A stretch of 64,000 nucleotides of DNA from Ranitomeya imitator. Its lineage: Eukaryota. Both the position numbers and the translations under genes were made by a program. Shown piece after piece: positions 34,433 through 46,380 of the stretch (positions are counted from its first letter, which is position 1; each line of letters starts with the position of its first letter). Under the pieces are notes generated by a model. The model did not search any database and was not told the origin of the DNA. It saw nothing but the letters and a program-made list of their open reading frames with translations. The DNA lies in contig NC_091284.1 of NCBI RefSeq assembly GCF_032444005.1, positions 102,052,001 to 102,116,000 of the forward strand. The letters are read 5' to 3'.

Positions 34433-37334
34433 CAGGGCTGTGGAGTCGGTAAGCCACAGTTGCGACTCCGACGCCTGGATTTTATCAGGTTCCGACTCCA
34501 GCTCCGACTCCTTCATAAATGGCCAATTCGTAACAATAAATTTACTGTTGTCAAATATTAACATCGTGCTTATTCAGTTTTTCACCATCATATAAGTAAT
34601 CAGACCACTTAGAGCAAAAACTATATTTATTAGAATACAATTAGAATATAGCAAATAACTTTTATAAACTCTAAACTCTTGTAAGTAAATATGCAATAAA
34701 CACTGTTATGCAGTTAATAAGAAGAAATCTATAAATTTGTCCTCAGAAAAACTATTGCCTCTGTCAGATGGCCCTTCATGGATGCCCTCAAATCTGATCT
34801 AATTATTTTGAGAGCAGAGGACAACCTCTCAACACTAACTTGGGTTGGTGGCAAAGCAGTAACCACTAGATCAACATCTCTGACAATGTCAGGATACAGA
34901 GGAATCGCTTGTGGCACTGTTATTTTTGATGAACAGTCAAATTTCTCAATTTCTTTTAGTGCACATGAAAAATTCTGCTGAAATGTACTGGCTGTGTTCT
35001 TTGATGGGAATGACTCTTCTATGCGGGAACGCTTTGCACGGTCCAAATATTTTTCGAAATTAAATTCTTCATCAGTTGATGAGGGTGAAGATGTGGCAGG
35101 ACAACCAAATTCTTCTTGTTCCTCCTGACTGTTCTGCAACCCTTTCATCCTTACTGCTATTTCAAACAGCATTTCTTTTCCTTTAGTTAGCTGTTGATCA
35201 TCTAGAAGAATCCGATGCATTGGGTCTACATAAACAGCTGCCAAAAGAATGTTATTTTGTAATAGTAGCTCCTCTCTCTATTTCATTGATGTAGCAATGC
35301 CACTTGCAATTAACCCTCCTCTTTGGGACAGGCGAAACATCAGGTTCTTCCACTCCTTTAAGAAAATACCTGGAGTTAAGTCCTTTGCTTGTAATTTTTT
35401 AGTCACTGTAAATGGGTGCTCTAGCAATTTTTCCAGCTCAGTCACCTGATTCCACTTACTTTCATTTAGCGTCAGTTGAGGGTTAGCCATGTCTACAAGA
35501 AAGGTTTTCAGTTCAACCAAGCGCTGAATCATTAAGTAAGTACTGCCCCATCGTGTGGCTTGATCAATAATTGTCCCTTTTCCAGCACGTCTCTTCAAAA
35601 TTGAGTCAACTTTAGGGGTTCTGGCAACAGTAGCCAATTTTCTCACCTTGCCAATCAGTGAAGCAGCATGTTCTTCTTGCAGACTGTCTCTTATAGCCAG
35701 CTGTAGCGTATGCACAACACAGCGCATGTGATGAATGAAAGAACGTATTGACACAGTTTCAACAAGTCCATCTAAACTATCATGTTGCTGTTCATCTGAA
35801 GCAACTTCAGTTTGCTCCTCAGTTACAATACTGTGTTCCTCTATTTCAAACATTTCTGTGTCTGTGGACCCAGAATGTTCTTCTAGCTGCTGGTCACCAT
35901 CATTACTCTCATTCATTAGCTTAATAGTACTTATCATATTTGAAGCATTGTCAGTTACGACAGAAAGAACTTGCTCTTTTTTAAGTTCATAGTCTTGCAG
36001 AACCTTTTCCACCAAGACCTGGAGAAACTCACTGGTGTGATGAGCTTTGGTGTCTTTTACTGCCAATGTCTTGGTAACTATTTCATTTTTGTCACAAACA
36101 AATCGGACAAGGATGGCAAAATAGTTCACTCTGTGACGTGTGCAGGCATCCATTTTAAGAAACAGAAAGCGTCCCTTGAGAGTTTTTTAAGTTCTTCCTT
36201 TTGTTTAAAAGCTTCTTCAATTACTAATTTTCTAATACTCTCTCTCCCCAGAGAAACACCAAGCTTGCTGGCCATTTCCCCATTCAGATACATAAAAGCT
36301 GGTCATGAAAATAATGAAATAGGGACACTATCCTTTACAACAAGCTCTATGATCTGTTTTTTAAATGTATCTACCATCATTGTCACAGTAACTTTGTCAC
36401 TGACAAAATATCTTGCAAATGATGGCTGCAAAGTTCTCTGCTCCTTTGTTTGGCTGGAAGAGCTGGGCACTGGTTCATTGGTTTGGATGCAGTCTTTCTC
36501 ATCCACTGCTTTCAGTACTTCTGGATGAAAGTGCTGTAAATGTCTCTTTAGATTAGAAGCTCTGGTAGGAGCATTTTTATCTTTGCCTGAATATGCACTG
36601 ATCTTGGCTTCACAGCATTTGTTTTCGTCTGGATCATTTGTCATACACTGACAGACATAATGTTTTCTATCTTGAGTGATGATGAAATGTTCAAATACAG
36701 CTGATTTAATGTGACGCTTCTTTGACATTCTCAGGTTTTTAATTCTGCATTCACAATCCAAATGACAATTGTTTTTCCTAAAAACAATTGTACAAAATTA
36801 TTGCTAGGTCGTACAACTGATATAGAGGTCTGTAATACTGTTATTCCTCATGTACTCACAGTTAACTGATGCAAAGTTTGATGAAAGGATAACACTTCTT
36901 ACAGTCTTCCTCTTCTGAGTAGCAGCTGTGAGATGCTTGGAAGACGCACACCAAACATCTAGTCTAGAGGAGGAGCTTTACTACTAAGAATTTGCAACAC
37001 ATTTTTACTTTCAGTTTCATACATTGCAAGTAGGGGGCTTAGGGCAGCATGAGGTTAACCAAGTATAAGATTATATAAGGGCAGTGGAGAACACTGACAC
37101 ACAAGAAGTCAGAAATGTCTGTATCTCCAGCAGAACTGCTTATCACTGTTGTTCATAGTTTGATAGAACTTATATATTTGAGTAACATTTATAAAATTCA
37201 TATGAAAGTTCAATTATGAAATATTAATACATTTTTTTTAAAGCTGGAGTCGGAGTTGGTACATTTCTACCGACTCCGACTCCAACCAAAACTAACTCCG
37301 ATTCCACGACTCCGACTCCGACTCCACAGCCCTG
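34433..37334 (-). mobile_element. Full-length hAT transposon (2902 bp) with a nearly intact transposase
   Basis: 17-bp perfect TIR CAGGGCTGTGGAGTCGG; perfect TSD CTAAATAT; gactcc subterminal repeats. Confidence 0.95.
34729..36761 (-). pseudogene. hAT transposase pseudogene (BED finger, catalytic core, dimerization domain)
   Basis: BED-like CQC...LKRHLQHFH; MDACT; RCVVHTLQLAI; ATRWGSTYLM; PTQVSVERLSS. By my reading it has two in-frame stops (36303 and 35278) and one A-run frameshift at about 36185. Confidence 0.9.
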
Positions 37335-39704
37335 CTAAATATGGGTACTTTTATTGTTTGTTTTCTTTTATTTACATAAAGAAATGTATTTATTGGAACA
37401 ATACTTTTTTTTATTTATTTTAGGATTTTTTTATTTTTTTTTACACATGTAAATATTTTTTGTTTTACTTTTTTTTTACTTTGTCCCAGTGTGAGACATC
37501 ATGGTAAAGTGTCAGATCTCTGATCTGACACTTTGCAATCAGCGATCTGACAGGCAGTGCAGGAGGCATGCCGGCGCCTGCTCTGAGCAGGCGCTTGCAA
37601 GCCACCTTCCTGCAGGACCCTGAAGGAGCCCTGTGGCCATCTTGGATCTGGGGCCTGCAGGGAGGAGGATGGAGGAGATGCTCGGAGCAATGAGATCACA
37701 TCGCTTTGCTCCGAGGGTCTTAGGGAAGCACACAGGGAGACCCCTCACTGCGCGATGCTTCCCTATGCCGCCGGAATGCTGCGATCATGTTTGATCGCAG
37801 TGTTCCGGTGGTCTGTGACCGCTCCTGGCACATAGTGCCGGATGTCAACTGTGATAGTCAGCTGACACCCGGCCGTGATTGGCCGCGTTTCCCCCGTGAG
37901 CAAGGCTGACCGCATTAGACGTACTATCCCGTCGGTGGTCATACGGGCCCATACCACCTCAACGGGATGGTATGTTTAATGTCAGAAAGGGGTTATGGGC
38001 ATAAAAATTAAAAGACTAAAAATTCCAAACTTTTCAAAATTTTTGCCAAATTTCAAATTTTTTCACAAATAAACGCAAGTCATTGAAATTTTACCACTAT
38101 CATGAAGTTCAATATGTCATGAGAAAACATTTTCAAAATCAGTGGGATCCATTGAAGTGTTCCAGAGTTATGACCTCATAAAGTGACAGTGGTCAGAATT
38201 GTAAAAATTGGCCTGGTCAGGAAGCTGTAAACAAGCTTCGGGGTGAAGTGGTTAAACCCCTATAGGACAGCTATACAAATGTGAATGCACAAAAACCTCA
38301 ATGAACTTAATTAATTTCGTCAAGAAGAGTTGGCCAAAATTCCTCTAGAGAGTTGTGAAAGTCTAAAAACTCATTACTCATTACTTCACGTTATTGCTGG
38401 TAAAACTGTTCTCAAGCTAAAAGTTCATGGGATGGACTTATTTTTTTGCATTTTAACCTAGTTTTTGTTAAATAATGACACAGTGTAATTCCTAATGTGT
38501 TGTTCGTCAGGATTGCATTTACTTCATTTTTACATTTCCTAAGAACAATATTTTTTTAAATTAAATCCTGATACCATAGAATTCAAATATGGGGTACTTA
38601 GCTTTTTTCATGACTTTGTGTGCCTCAGTAGAGATGCCATATTATCACACATTGGTACAACAAGTAAATTCATTTAACTGGTTTACATTGTATTTTGTAA
38701 TATTATAGTGTGTGAATATCTGCATCCTTATATAAATATACAGTGGGTGTAATTATTACTTTAGAAACCTCGTTACAATGCACCCACATATTGTGAAAGG
38801 CGTGCTTCGAAGAAATGATGCTTATCAGACAATTATCTAAATGAAAAATAAATGAAAATATCATCATCCTTATTGTACTATTTAGTGGGCTCGTACACTA
38901 TTATACAGCATTGAATCATTTCACACCCTCTTATATGTGGGCATGTCTGCTGGGAAATAATACTGGTGTATTGACGATGCCCATATGTAAACTTTTAGTT
39001 TCCATTTAATAATTTACAGTCTATTGATAAATAGGGCACTAAGTGACAAACAACTTCTTTATGGCTATTCCTTGGCTCTCTAGTGTTCAAGGTCACAAAC
39101 ATTTCTAAAAAGATAAGTAATATGCAAATTGCCTCTTGAGAGAGGATCTCTATAGCGTCACGTGTTGGAAGCAGCGATCTTGCAAGTCACCGACCCTTTA
39201 ACAAGTCTTGCAATATGACTTAGGTTGAAAGCCTAATCAGAATCTCAGTTTGCAGACACGGTGTTATGGGGGTTATGCCCCTCGTCTGAAAAGGCAAACA
39301 GCATATTACATTTCCCAGATTAGCACTGCAGGGCGAATAGGCCTCCTTACATTGGCATGCCAGGGCCGGTATGTCTCTCTCCACAAGGAGAAACATTATC
39401 CTTTAGGCCTTAAAAAGATAAGTAAAACCAATAAGCAATATTCAATAATACAGAGTATATTTTTTTTCCGAAAACCATTCAGATTATACTAGAGCACAAG
39501 TAAACTGCTTTGTACAAACTTCAAGGAAACAGGACCAAACTCGTAATTAAAATGTATCTTATTAACCCCTACATAAGGCCAAAACCTGTAAAGAGCGCTC
39601 CAAAATAGCAAACAAAACTCCACAAGGAAATAGGAGTACAAAAGCTCAGTAATATTATCAAACTTTTATTATTTTACAAAACAAAGACCTAAAACAATGT
39701 TTAA

Positions 39705-40260
39705 AAGGAACCTGTCACCAGTTTTTGAGTCTCTGAACAAATGTATCCACCGTTATGTGCTCTTATACTGCACTCCACAAAATGTCTATCATCTCCTGAT
39801 TCCCCCTGTATGCCCTCAAAAATACCATTTTAATTGCTCTCGCATTGTATGTAAATGAGGATGGTCTGGTCCGGTAGGCATCCTCCCTGCAGCAGCTGTG
39901 CTTCCTCCCTGCTCCTAATCGCCATCCTCTTGCTTTGATTGATGTGGATGACGCACCCAGCTTCATCCACATATCCCAAGCAAATGTCACACCTGCGCAG
40001 TAGCCTCAAGGGCCCATGCCGGTGCGTTGTGCTCTATTCTACTGCGAGCAGTGCACAAAATATCACTGCTCAATCGCCAAGCGTAAGTCTGGCTCCAATG
40101 TACCAGAAACTTTCACTTTCATTTTTTTTATCCCTGCTATTGGAAATGCCATGAATGATGTTGCATGGCGCTTGCGCAGTGATCTACGCAGTGATGTTTT
40201 ATGCTCTTCTCACAGGTGCGCGATTTCATTTCACAATGTGGATGATGCAGGATGTGCCAT
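39705..40260. mobile_element. T2-type MITE (left end)
   Basis: TTAA|aaggaacctgtcacc terminus, identical to 52646. The right end was not found. Confidence 0.5.
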
Positions 40261-40354
40261 CTACATCAAAATCAAAATAACTAGGTGTGAATACAAAAAA
40301 AGAAGGAGATAATAATGAGTGAGAAAATACCCTGAATGGATATAGCAAAGGAGA

Positions 40355-40391
40355 CCCCAACGCGCGTTTCATGTTTAGCTTCTTACAGGGG
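40355..40391 (-). ncRNA. Decayed minimal type-I hammerhead motif in a pLTR remnant
   Basis: CCC CUG(U)AAGA A GCUAAACAU GAAA CGCGCG UU GGGG: one extra U in the core and a probable CpG-decayed stem II closing pair. Confidence 0.45.
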
Positions 40392-40553
40392 AAATGAATT
40401 TGTATTAGAATAACTTAAAGCAACAGATTTGTCCTTAAAAAACTGTGTTTCCTCGTAGATAGATTTCAATTCTAAAACTATGAACATTTAAAGGGACCGT
40501 ATCATCCGATACCAAATTATTTGCAGAAAACAGCCTCTGTGGTGATCAACATA

Positions 40554-41087
40554 CAGCTCTGGCAAAAATTTAGAGATGACCACATGAAAACCCTGCCATG
40601 GGCAGCCCAATCTCCAGACCTGAACCCCATTGATAACCTCTGGAATGTAAACAAGAGGATGATGGATAGTCACAAGCTATCAAACAAAGAAGAAATGCTT
40701 ACATTTTTGCACCAGAAGCAGTGTGAAAGACTGGTGGAAAGTATGCCAAGACGCATGAAAGCTGTGATTAATAATCATGGTTATTCCACAAAATATTGAT
40801 TTCTGAACTCTTCCCTTGTTAAAACATTAGTATTGTTATTTCTAAATCACTATGAACGTGTTTTCTTTGCATTATTTGAGGTCTGAAAGCACTGTTTTTT
40901 TTAAAAATTTTCACCATTTTTCTTTATCAGAAAAAAAATACAAAATTTATTGCTTGGAAATTGGGAGACGTTGTCAGAAGTAGTTTATAGACTAAAAGAA
41001 CAATTTATATTTTACTGAAAAATATACCTATAAAGAGAAAAATCAGACAAACAATTTGCAGTGGTCTCTAAATTTTTGCCAGAGCTG
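40554..41087 (+). mobile_element. Internally deleted Tc1 (534 bp)
   Basis: TA|cagctctggcaaaaatt...aatttttgccagagctg|TA; keeps only the C-terminus (PWAAQSPDLNPIDNLW...GYSTKY). Confidence 0.9.
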
Positions 41088-41736
41088 TATATGTCATGTC
41101 CCGCTCCAGAAACCCACAATAAACAGCTTATTTTGTTCTAGAAAATCATAGCCATCCAGACCAGGTTTTCTGCTGGATAAAATAAGTACTCCAAAGCAGT
41201 CATTCAGATTATTGGCTGTACATGCAATCTAAGAATTGTTGAGGTTCACAAGAGGGAAAATTGCCCACTCAGAGATGCTCTCCATTTTGGAAACCTTTGA
41301 AGTCAACATGCTCTAATAGATTGGAAGGGTTTACATGAGCCACCATTTTGATTAAGCAGCATTTTCAGTTACCCAAATATTGTGGAAAAGATAGAAAATT
41401 GCGGCAATGTTTGTGCCAAATCTCCTTTCTCATCTTATGTCATCAATTTTATAACGTTTTAAAACTTAAAGAAATGCGAGTGCAGGCAAAATCATCTGTA
41501 GTTACATCAAAGGAGTGATGAATAAATGCAGGAGAAGTTACCTGTCATTGCATAGTTATTAAAACAAGATGCATACTTGGCGTGCCAAATTTTAAAGGTA
41601 AATATTTCATTTGGTTATATTTTTATTCCATGAACAAAGATATTGCTAGTCCACATAAGACACATTTGTAGTAACCGTTTACAATCCAAATTTTAAGGGT
41701 CTATATTTAGTGTAGAAAAAAGAAGACATGTACTGT

Positions 41737-42108
41737 ATAAGTATATAAGGGGACAATACAAATATCTCTCTGAGGATCTGTTTATACCAAGGAAGGTGAC
41801 GGGCACAAGGGGGCATTCTCTGCATCTGGAGGAGAGAAGGTTTTTCGACCAACATAGAAGAGGATTCTTTACTGTTAGGGCGGTGAGAATCTGGAATTGC
41901 TTGCCTGAGGAGGTGGTGATGGCGAACTCAGTCGAGGGGTTCAAGAGAGGCCTGGATGTCTTCCTGGAGTGTAACAATATTGTACCATACAATTATTAGG
42001 TTCTTTAGAAGGACGTAGATCTGGGGATTTATTCTGACGGAATATAGACTGAACTGGATGGACAAATGTCTTTTTTGGCCTTGCTAACTATGTTACTATG
42101 TAACTATA
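41737..42108 (+). mobile_element. Short 5'-truncated CR1 LINE with intact 3' tail
   Basis: TRGHSLHLEERRF...WNCLPEEVV; nearly identical to 27929-28270 in reverse; ends in an (actatgtt)-type repeat tail. Confidence 0.92.
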
Positions 42109-42446
42109 TTTTAATTAATAAATCTTGGAATAATAATAAGTTACACAATTAGATGGGTTAAAAAATGTTCCTGTGCTGAGATTATCTTATAAATGAGCCC
42201 CTGCTATATACTGTGTAATGGCTGTGTCTCACCGTGCAGAGATGCTCCTATTCATGGTTGGGACACACCACAATTGATGCACAGGGAAGGAAGCATAAGT
42301 CACTTATGATAAGTAAACATAGAGACAAAACAGCAGGGGCTCACAGCTGCTACTTTCTGAGGTAAAACATTTCTGCCGTGTCACCAGTCATGTGAGCCCA
42401 TCATAAATGAAATCAGAGATGTAAAAGCTGAGTGGCGTGGAGCTTA

Positions 42447-42862
42447 GGCTACTTTCACACTTGCGTCGGTACGGGTCCGTCGCTATACGTTGGGCCGACG
42501 TACCGACGCACGTTGTGAAATTTCTGCATGATGTGGGCAGCGGATGCAGTTTTTCAATGCATCCGCTGCTCATTCTGAAGTCCGGGGAGGAGGGGGCGGA
42601 GTTTTGGCTGCGCATGCGCGGTAGAAAATGGCAGACGCGACGGACAAAAAAGTTACATTTAACTTTTTTTGTGACGACGGTCTGCGAAAACATGATGGAT
42701 CCGTCGCAAGACGGACGCGACATGTGGCCATCTGTCGCGATCCGTCGCTAATACAAGTCTATGGGCAAAAAAATGCATCCTGCGGGCACATTTGCAGGAT
42801 CCATTTTTGCCCAAAACTACGGATTGCGACGGATTGCAAAAAACGCAAGTGTGAAAGTAGCC
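42447..42862. mobile_element. PIF/Harbinger-type MITE
   Basis: TIR ggctactttcacacttgcg / cgcaagtgtgaaagtagcc; TTA TSD. Confidence 0.9.
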
Positions 42863-43273
42863 TTATATGTCACTGACTTGATTCATTATGATATAAGAGA
42901 GCTGGTGATGTGGCAGAAACATTCATTCCTGTGTTACCTAAGGTAGGGAAATGTGTTACATCAGGCAGGCAGGGAAATGTGTTACCTCAGAAAGCATCAG
43001 CTGTGAGCCCCTGCAGTGTCATGTCTAGAATTATTTACCATAATTAACTTACACTTCCTGTGATGACCATGAAGTGGAGCAGCTCTACATGGTCGGACAC
43101 AGCAATTAAAAGTGCTTACCAGGGGCACACTCATAGGATTATCTTAACACAGAAGCTTCATCTCTTTATGGCATGGTCCACGTGGTTTCCAAACCAATTT
43201 CCAGTTATCAATACGTCCATAAAAAAATGGGGCTCAGCTCTTTACCACATTTTTTCACATTACACCCACACAC

Positions 43274-44257
43274 TGTTAGGGACCGGCGGAACGCACCAAG
43301 TATAGATGATATGAAACTAGGTGCGTTCGCAGTCCACCGTGCAGGTAAAGACCCTGCTGCTAGTAAGACGGACTATATGGCGGTACTAAGTATACACACA
43401 TGGGTTAACTTCACCCTGCGTGAAGGAAGCGATCCTGTTGCGTCACAGGACCGCAGTACCGCACATAGAGCGCGAGCAAGAAGTCAGCGAACTCAACCCC
43501 TACTCAGGATTGAAGTCCGATTAGACACTTGCTGGCACAACACCGCAACTGGGTGTGTAAGGAAACTAATAAATAGAATATAAAGGCACGAGAGTGCGTG
43601 CGGTGCCGCACTGACGGACGCCACTAACCACCCAGGCTTGGGTAAGGAAAGCGCAGAGGAAGCGCACGGCGCCGTACTGGCAGACACAGCAACTGGACGC
43701 TGTGATGTGTGTTACGTGCAGATGGCTAGTCGGGCGCTAGATAGCTACCATCATCCGCGAGCAGTCAACAACAGTAGGGAGGGATACTTAGGAGCTTTCA
43801 TCCATCGACATACATCCATCTACACACACACATTATCAAGACAATACTAGCGCATGGCCGTGCGGTCATGCACAGTTTATATACTGTAGTTGCAGCACAG
43901 GAAGCAGCTACAGAAGTTTTGCCCTTTCAGGACCTGCCAAGAGGACCAATGGGATGTGCTGCAGTGCCTGAGCATGTGACCCTCGATCTCCAACGGGAGA
44001 TCTTGCCCTGGGCATGCTCAGTGTGTGCAAATAAGGACTTAGTCCCAGAGAAGCCTGCTCGCCGCAGATCAGTGCAGGGTACAACAGGAGAGCCAGAAAA
44101 GGCAGCAGTAACCCCCTGCACAGAATCAGTCCCAGCAAGACGCTGGGAGCGGCGCCTCCGCTGAGCAGAGCCCACTGCGGCCGAAGCAGAATGGGAGACC
44201 GCAGCAGACAGGGATCGAGATTCCCCCTGTGCAGCAGAGGAAACGCGACTCCTAACA
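43274..44257. mobile_element. Solo LTR (984 bp)
   Basis: tgttaggg...cctaaca; perfect TSD CACAC; related to 21035-21805. Confidence 0.9.
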
Positions 44258-45304
44258 CACACTTAATTGTATATTATTGGGATTTTTTGTGATATACTAA
44301 CACAAAGTAGCAAGTATTTGTCAAATGTAAAGGAAACAATATATGGTTTCCTAATTATTTTAATAATGTAAAATTGTGATGTGCATTTTTTTCAAGTCTT
44401 TGCAGAAGCATCTTTCACTGCAATTACTGCTGCATGTCTTTTGAGGTACGTGTCAACCAGATTTACACATCTAGACGCTAAAATTGTTGCCCATTCTCTT
44501 TGCAGGCTAACTCAGTGAGCTTGGAAAGAGGTGTCTGTGAATAGCAATTTTGAAGTCTTGTCATAGATTTTCAATTAAATTTAGGTCTTGACTTTGACTG
44601 ATCCATTTCATCACATGAATATGATTTGTCCCAAAGCATTCCATTGTAGCTCTGGCAGTATGTTCAGGATCATTGTTCTTTGGAAGGTCAACCAATGCCA
44701 CAGTCTCAATGCTTTTTCAGTCTCCAGAATTGCACTGCAATTAGCTCCATCTATCTTCCCATCAACTCTAACCATCATTCCTCTCCCTGCTGAATAAAAG
44801 CATCTCCACAGCATGATGCTGCCACCACCATGTTTGACGGTGTGGATGGTGGTTTCAGGGTGATGTGCAGTGTTCTTTTTCTGCCACAGATAGCATTTGC
44901 ATTTAGCCCAAAAATGTCTACTTTGGTCTCATCTGACCAGAGCACCTTCTTGCACATGCTAGCTGTGTCCCCTACATGGCTTTTGACAAACTGCAAGCAG
45001 GACTTTTTAAGGCTTGCTTTAAAAAAAGTCTTTCTTCTTGACACTCTTCGATAAAGGCCAGGTTTGTGGAGTATACAAATAATAAATAACAAAATAGAAA
45101 AAATGCGGCTAATGAAATTAGACCGCAGCCAGCTCACCGATCTTTGCAGGTGCTCGGAACTTCATCTGGGACCAAGACGAGTGGTAATTGCAGCCGAAGA
45201 AAGGAAATGTTCCAGCTCCATAAAATGTCAATGCTTTATTTTTCCATTAAAATCTTAGTACAAAATATCCTTGCATAAATGTGAATGCTGAAGTGTCACA
45301 ATGA

Positions 45305-45344
45305 GAGTGACGCATTTCGATCTTGTCTGATCTTAATCCATGCT
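45305..45344 (-). ncRNA. Decayed hammerhead motif in the pLTR of the Neptune-type PLE
   Basis: AGC AUGGAUUAA GAUC-AGACAA-GAUC GAAA UGCG UC ACU. Restoring two CpG transitions gives GAAACGCGUC and an AGC/GCU stem I. Confidence 0.5.
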
Positions 45345-45800
45345 TAATTTAGTGTGAATTCTGACATTTACTACTGTATATAGTAATCCTGGACCAATCA
45401 AATTGCCGCTTTTTTTTTTTTTAACTGATTACTTCTGCAGGTCCTGGACATAATTATGTTAATGCAATGTAAATGAACTCATCTAAATAATAAAACAAAC
45501 CAAACTACCAAATTAAATATAAACACAATAAGAGCTAAGAAAAAAACAATAAACAATAAATAAGTTTTAAGCATAGTGATACATGATTTCGTTTTTTCTG
45601 TTGAGGCCAAAAGGGTATCTCGTTTGTAGATTATAAATCCAAAAAGCTTCTCTAGTGAGAAGCTGTCTTTTTATATCCCCTCCCCTTTGGGAAGGTTTTA
45701 TCCGTTCAATACCCTGGACTGTCATCATAGAATTATCACCTGAATGACAAGTAACAAAATGCTTGGCAACAGCTGAAACATTACGGCTAGTTGTGTTATT

Positions 45801-46380
45801 TACGAAAACGTGGAAACTCCAGCTCAAAAAATAGTGAAAATCTTTATTAGTCCATCTTCATTTAAAAGGACATCCTTACAGGTTACTAAGGACACCGGTG
45901 GTTACATGAATGTAGGCAACGCGTTTCGATCACGCAGGATCTTATTCATGCCCATATACATTCCACGTTTGGTCTTTCTTATATATATACTATGGACCTA
46001 TCACATATTCCATTGAAATCACATGACAAATAGACAGGTCCTGCAGGTCACTGCTGCATAAATTCTATCGCAAGACAAAGCGGAAAATAGTAGAAAATAT
46101 ATACAAATAGTAAATACTAATATAAAATATTAACAATGATCGAAACGCGTTGCCTACATTCATGTAACCACCGGTGTCCTTAGTAACCTGTAAGGATGTC
46201 CTTTTAAATGAAGATGGACTAATAAAGATTTTCACTATTTTTTGAGCTGGAGTTTCCACGTTTTCGTATATTGCTGCTGCTTGGCGTCTCGGTCTGGACG
46301 CATCTCCGTGCTCAATCATCTATGGTCTGGTTGGTGAGCTGGCTACGGCTTTGTGCCGTTTTTTTCTCTTTATTATATAT
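45801..46380. mobile_element. 580-bp non-coding PLE pLTR insertion with 5' inversion, inside the host GIY-YIG domain
   Basis: 13-bp TSD TAGTTGTGTTATT (45788-45800 and 46381-46393); perfect 132-bp inverted repeat at 45801-45932 and 46137-46268; GGTGAGCTGGCT motif shared with the host pLTR. Confidence 0.9.
45913..45954 (-). ncRNA. Minimal type-I hammerhead ribozyme motif, A3-U8 variant
   Basis: UGGGC AUGAAUA A GAUC-CUGCGU-GAUC GAAA CGCG UU GCCUA: 5-bp stem I, 4-bp stem II, palindromic ACGCGU stem III. Confidence 0.75.

Larger units (their letters stand above)
31279..37992 (-). mobile_element. Reversed member of the same TTAA family, nested in copy 2
   Basis: TTAA|cccctttac...gtcagaaagggg|TTAT. 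Its interior is the reverse complement of blocks seen at about 1500-1620 and 5250-5800. Confidence 0.75.
28980..38251. mobile_element. Large non-autonomous TTAA-type element, copy 2, hosting a reversed relative
   Basis: Same order of blocks as 1850-5810 (hairpin block at about 28990-29340, units of about 390 bp, right end ...gaagtgg|ttaa at 38251). Interrupted at TTAA 31275-31278 and resuming at 37993. Confidence 0.65.

Noticed and set aside
45083-45114. 32-nt repeat as a target-site duplication of the PLE
   Set aside because: It does not resemble the flanking Tc1 sequence and continues seamlessly into pLTR sequence, so I interpret it as terminal redundancy.
45810-46319. Identical peptide ETPAQKIVKIF... 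on both strands
   Set aside because: A by-product of the 132-bp inverted repeat in a non-coding pLTR.
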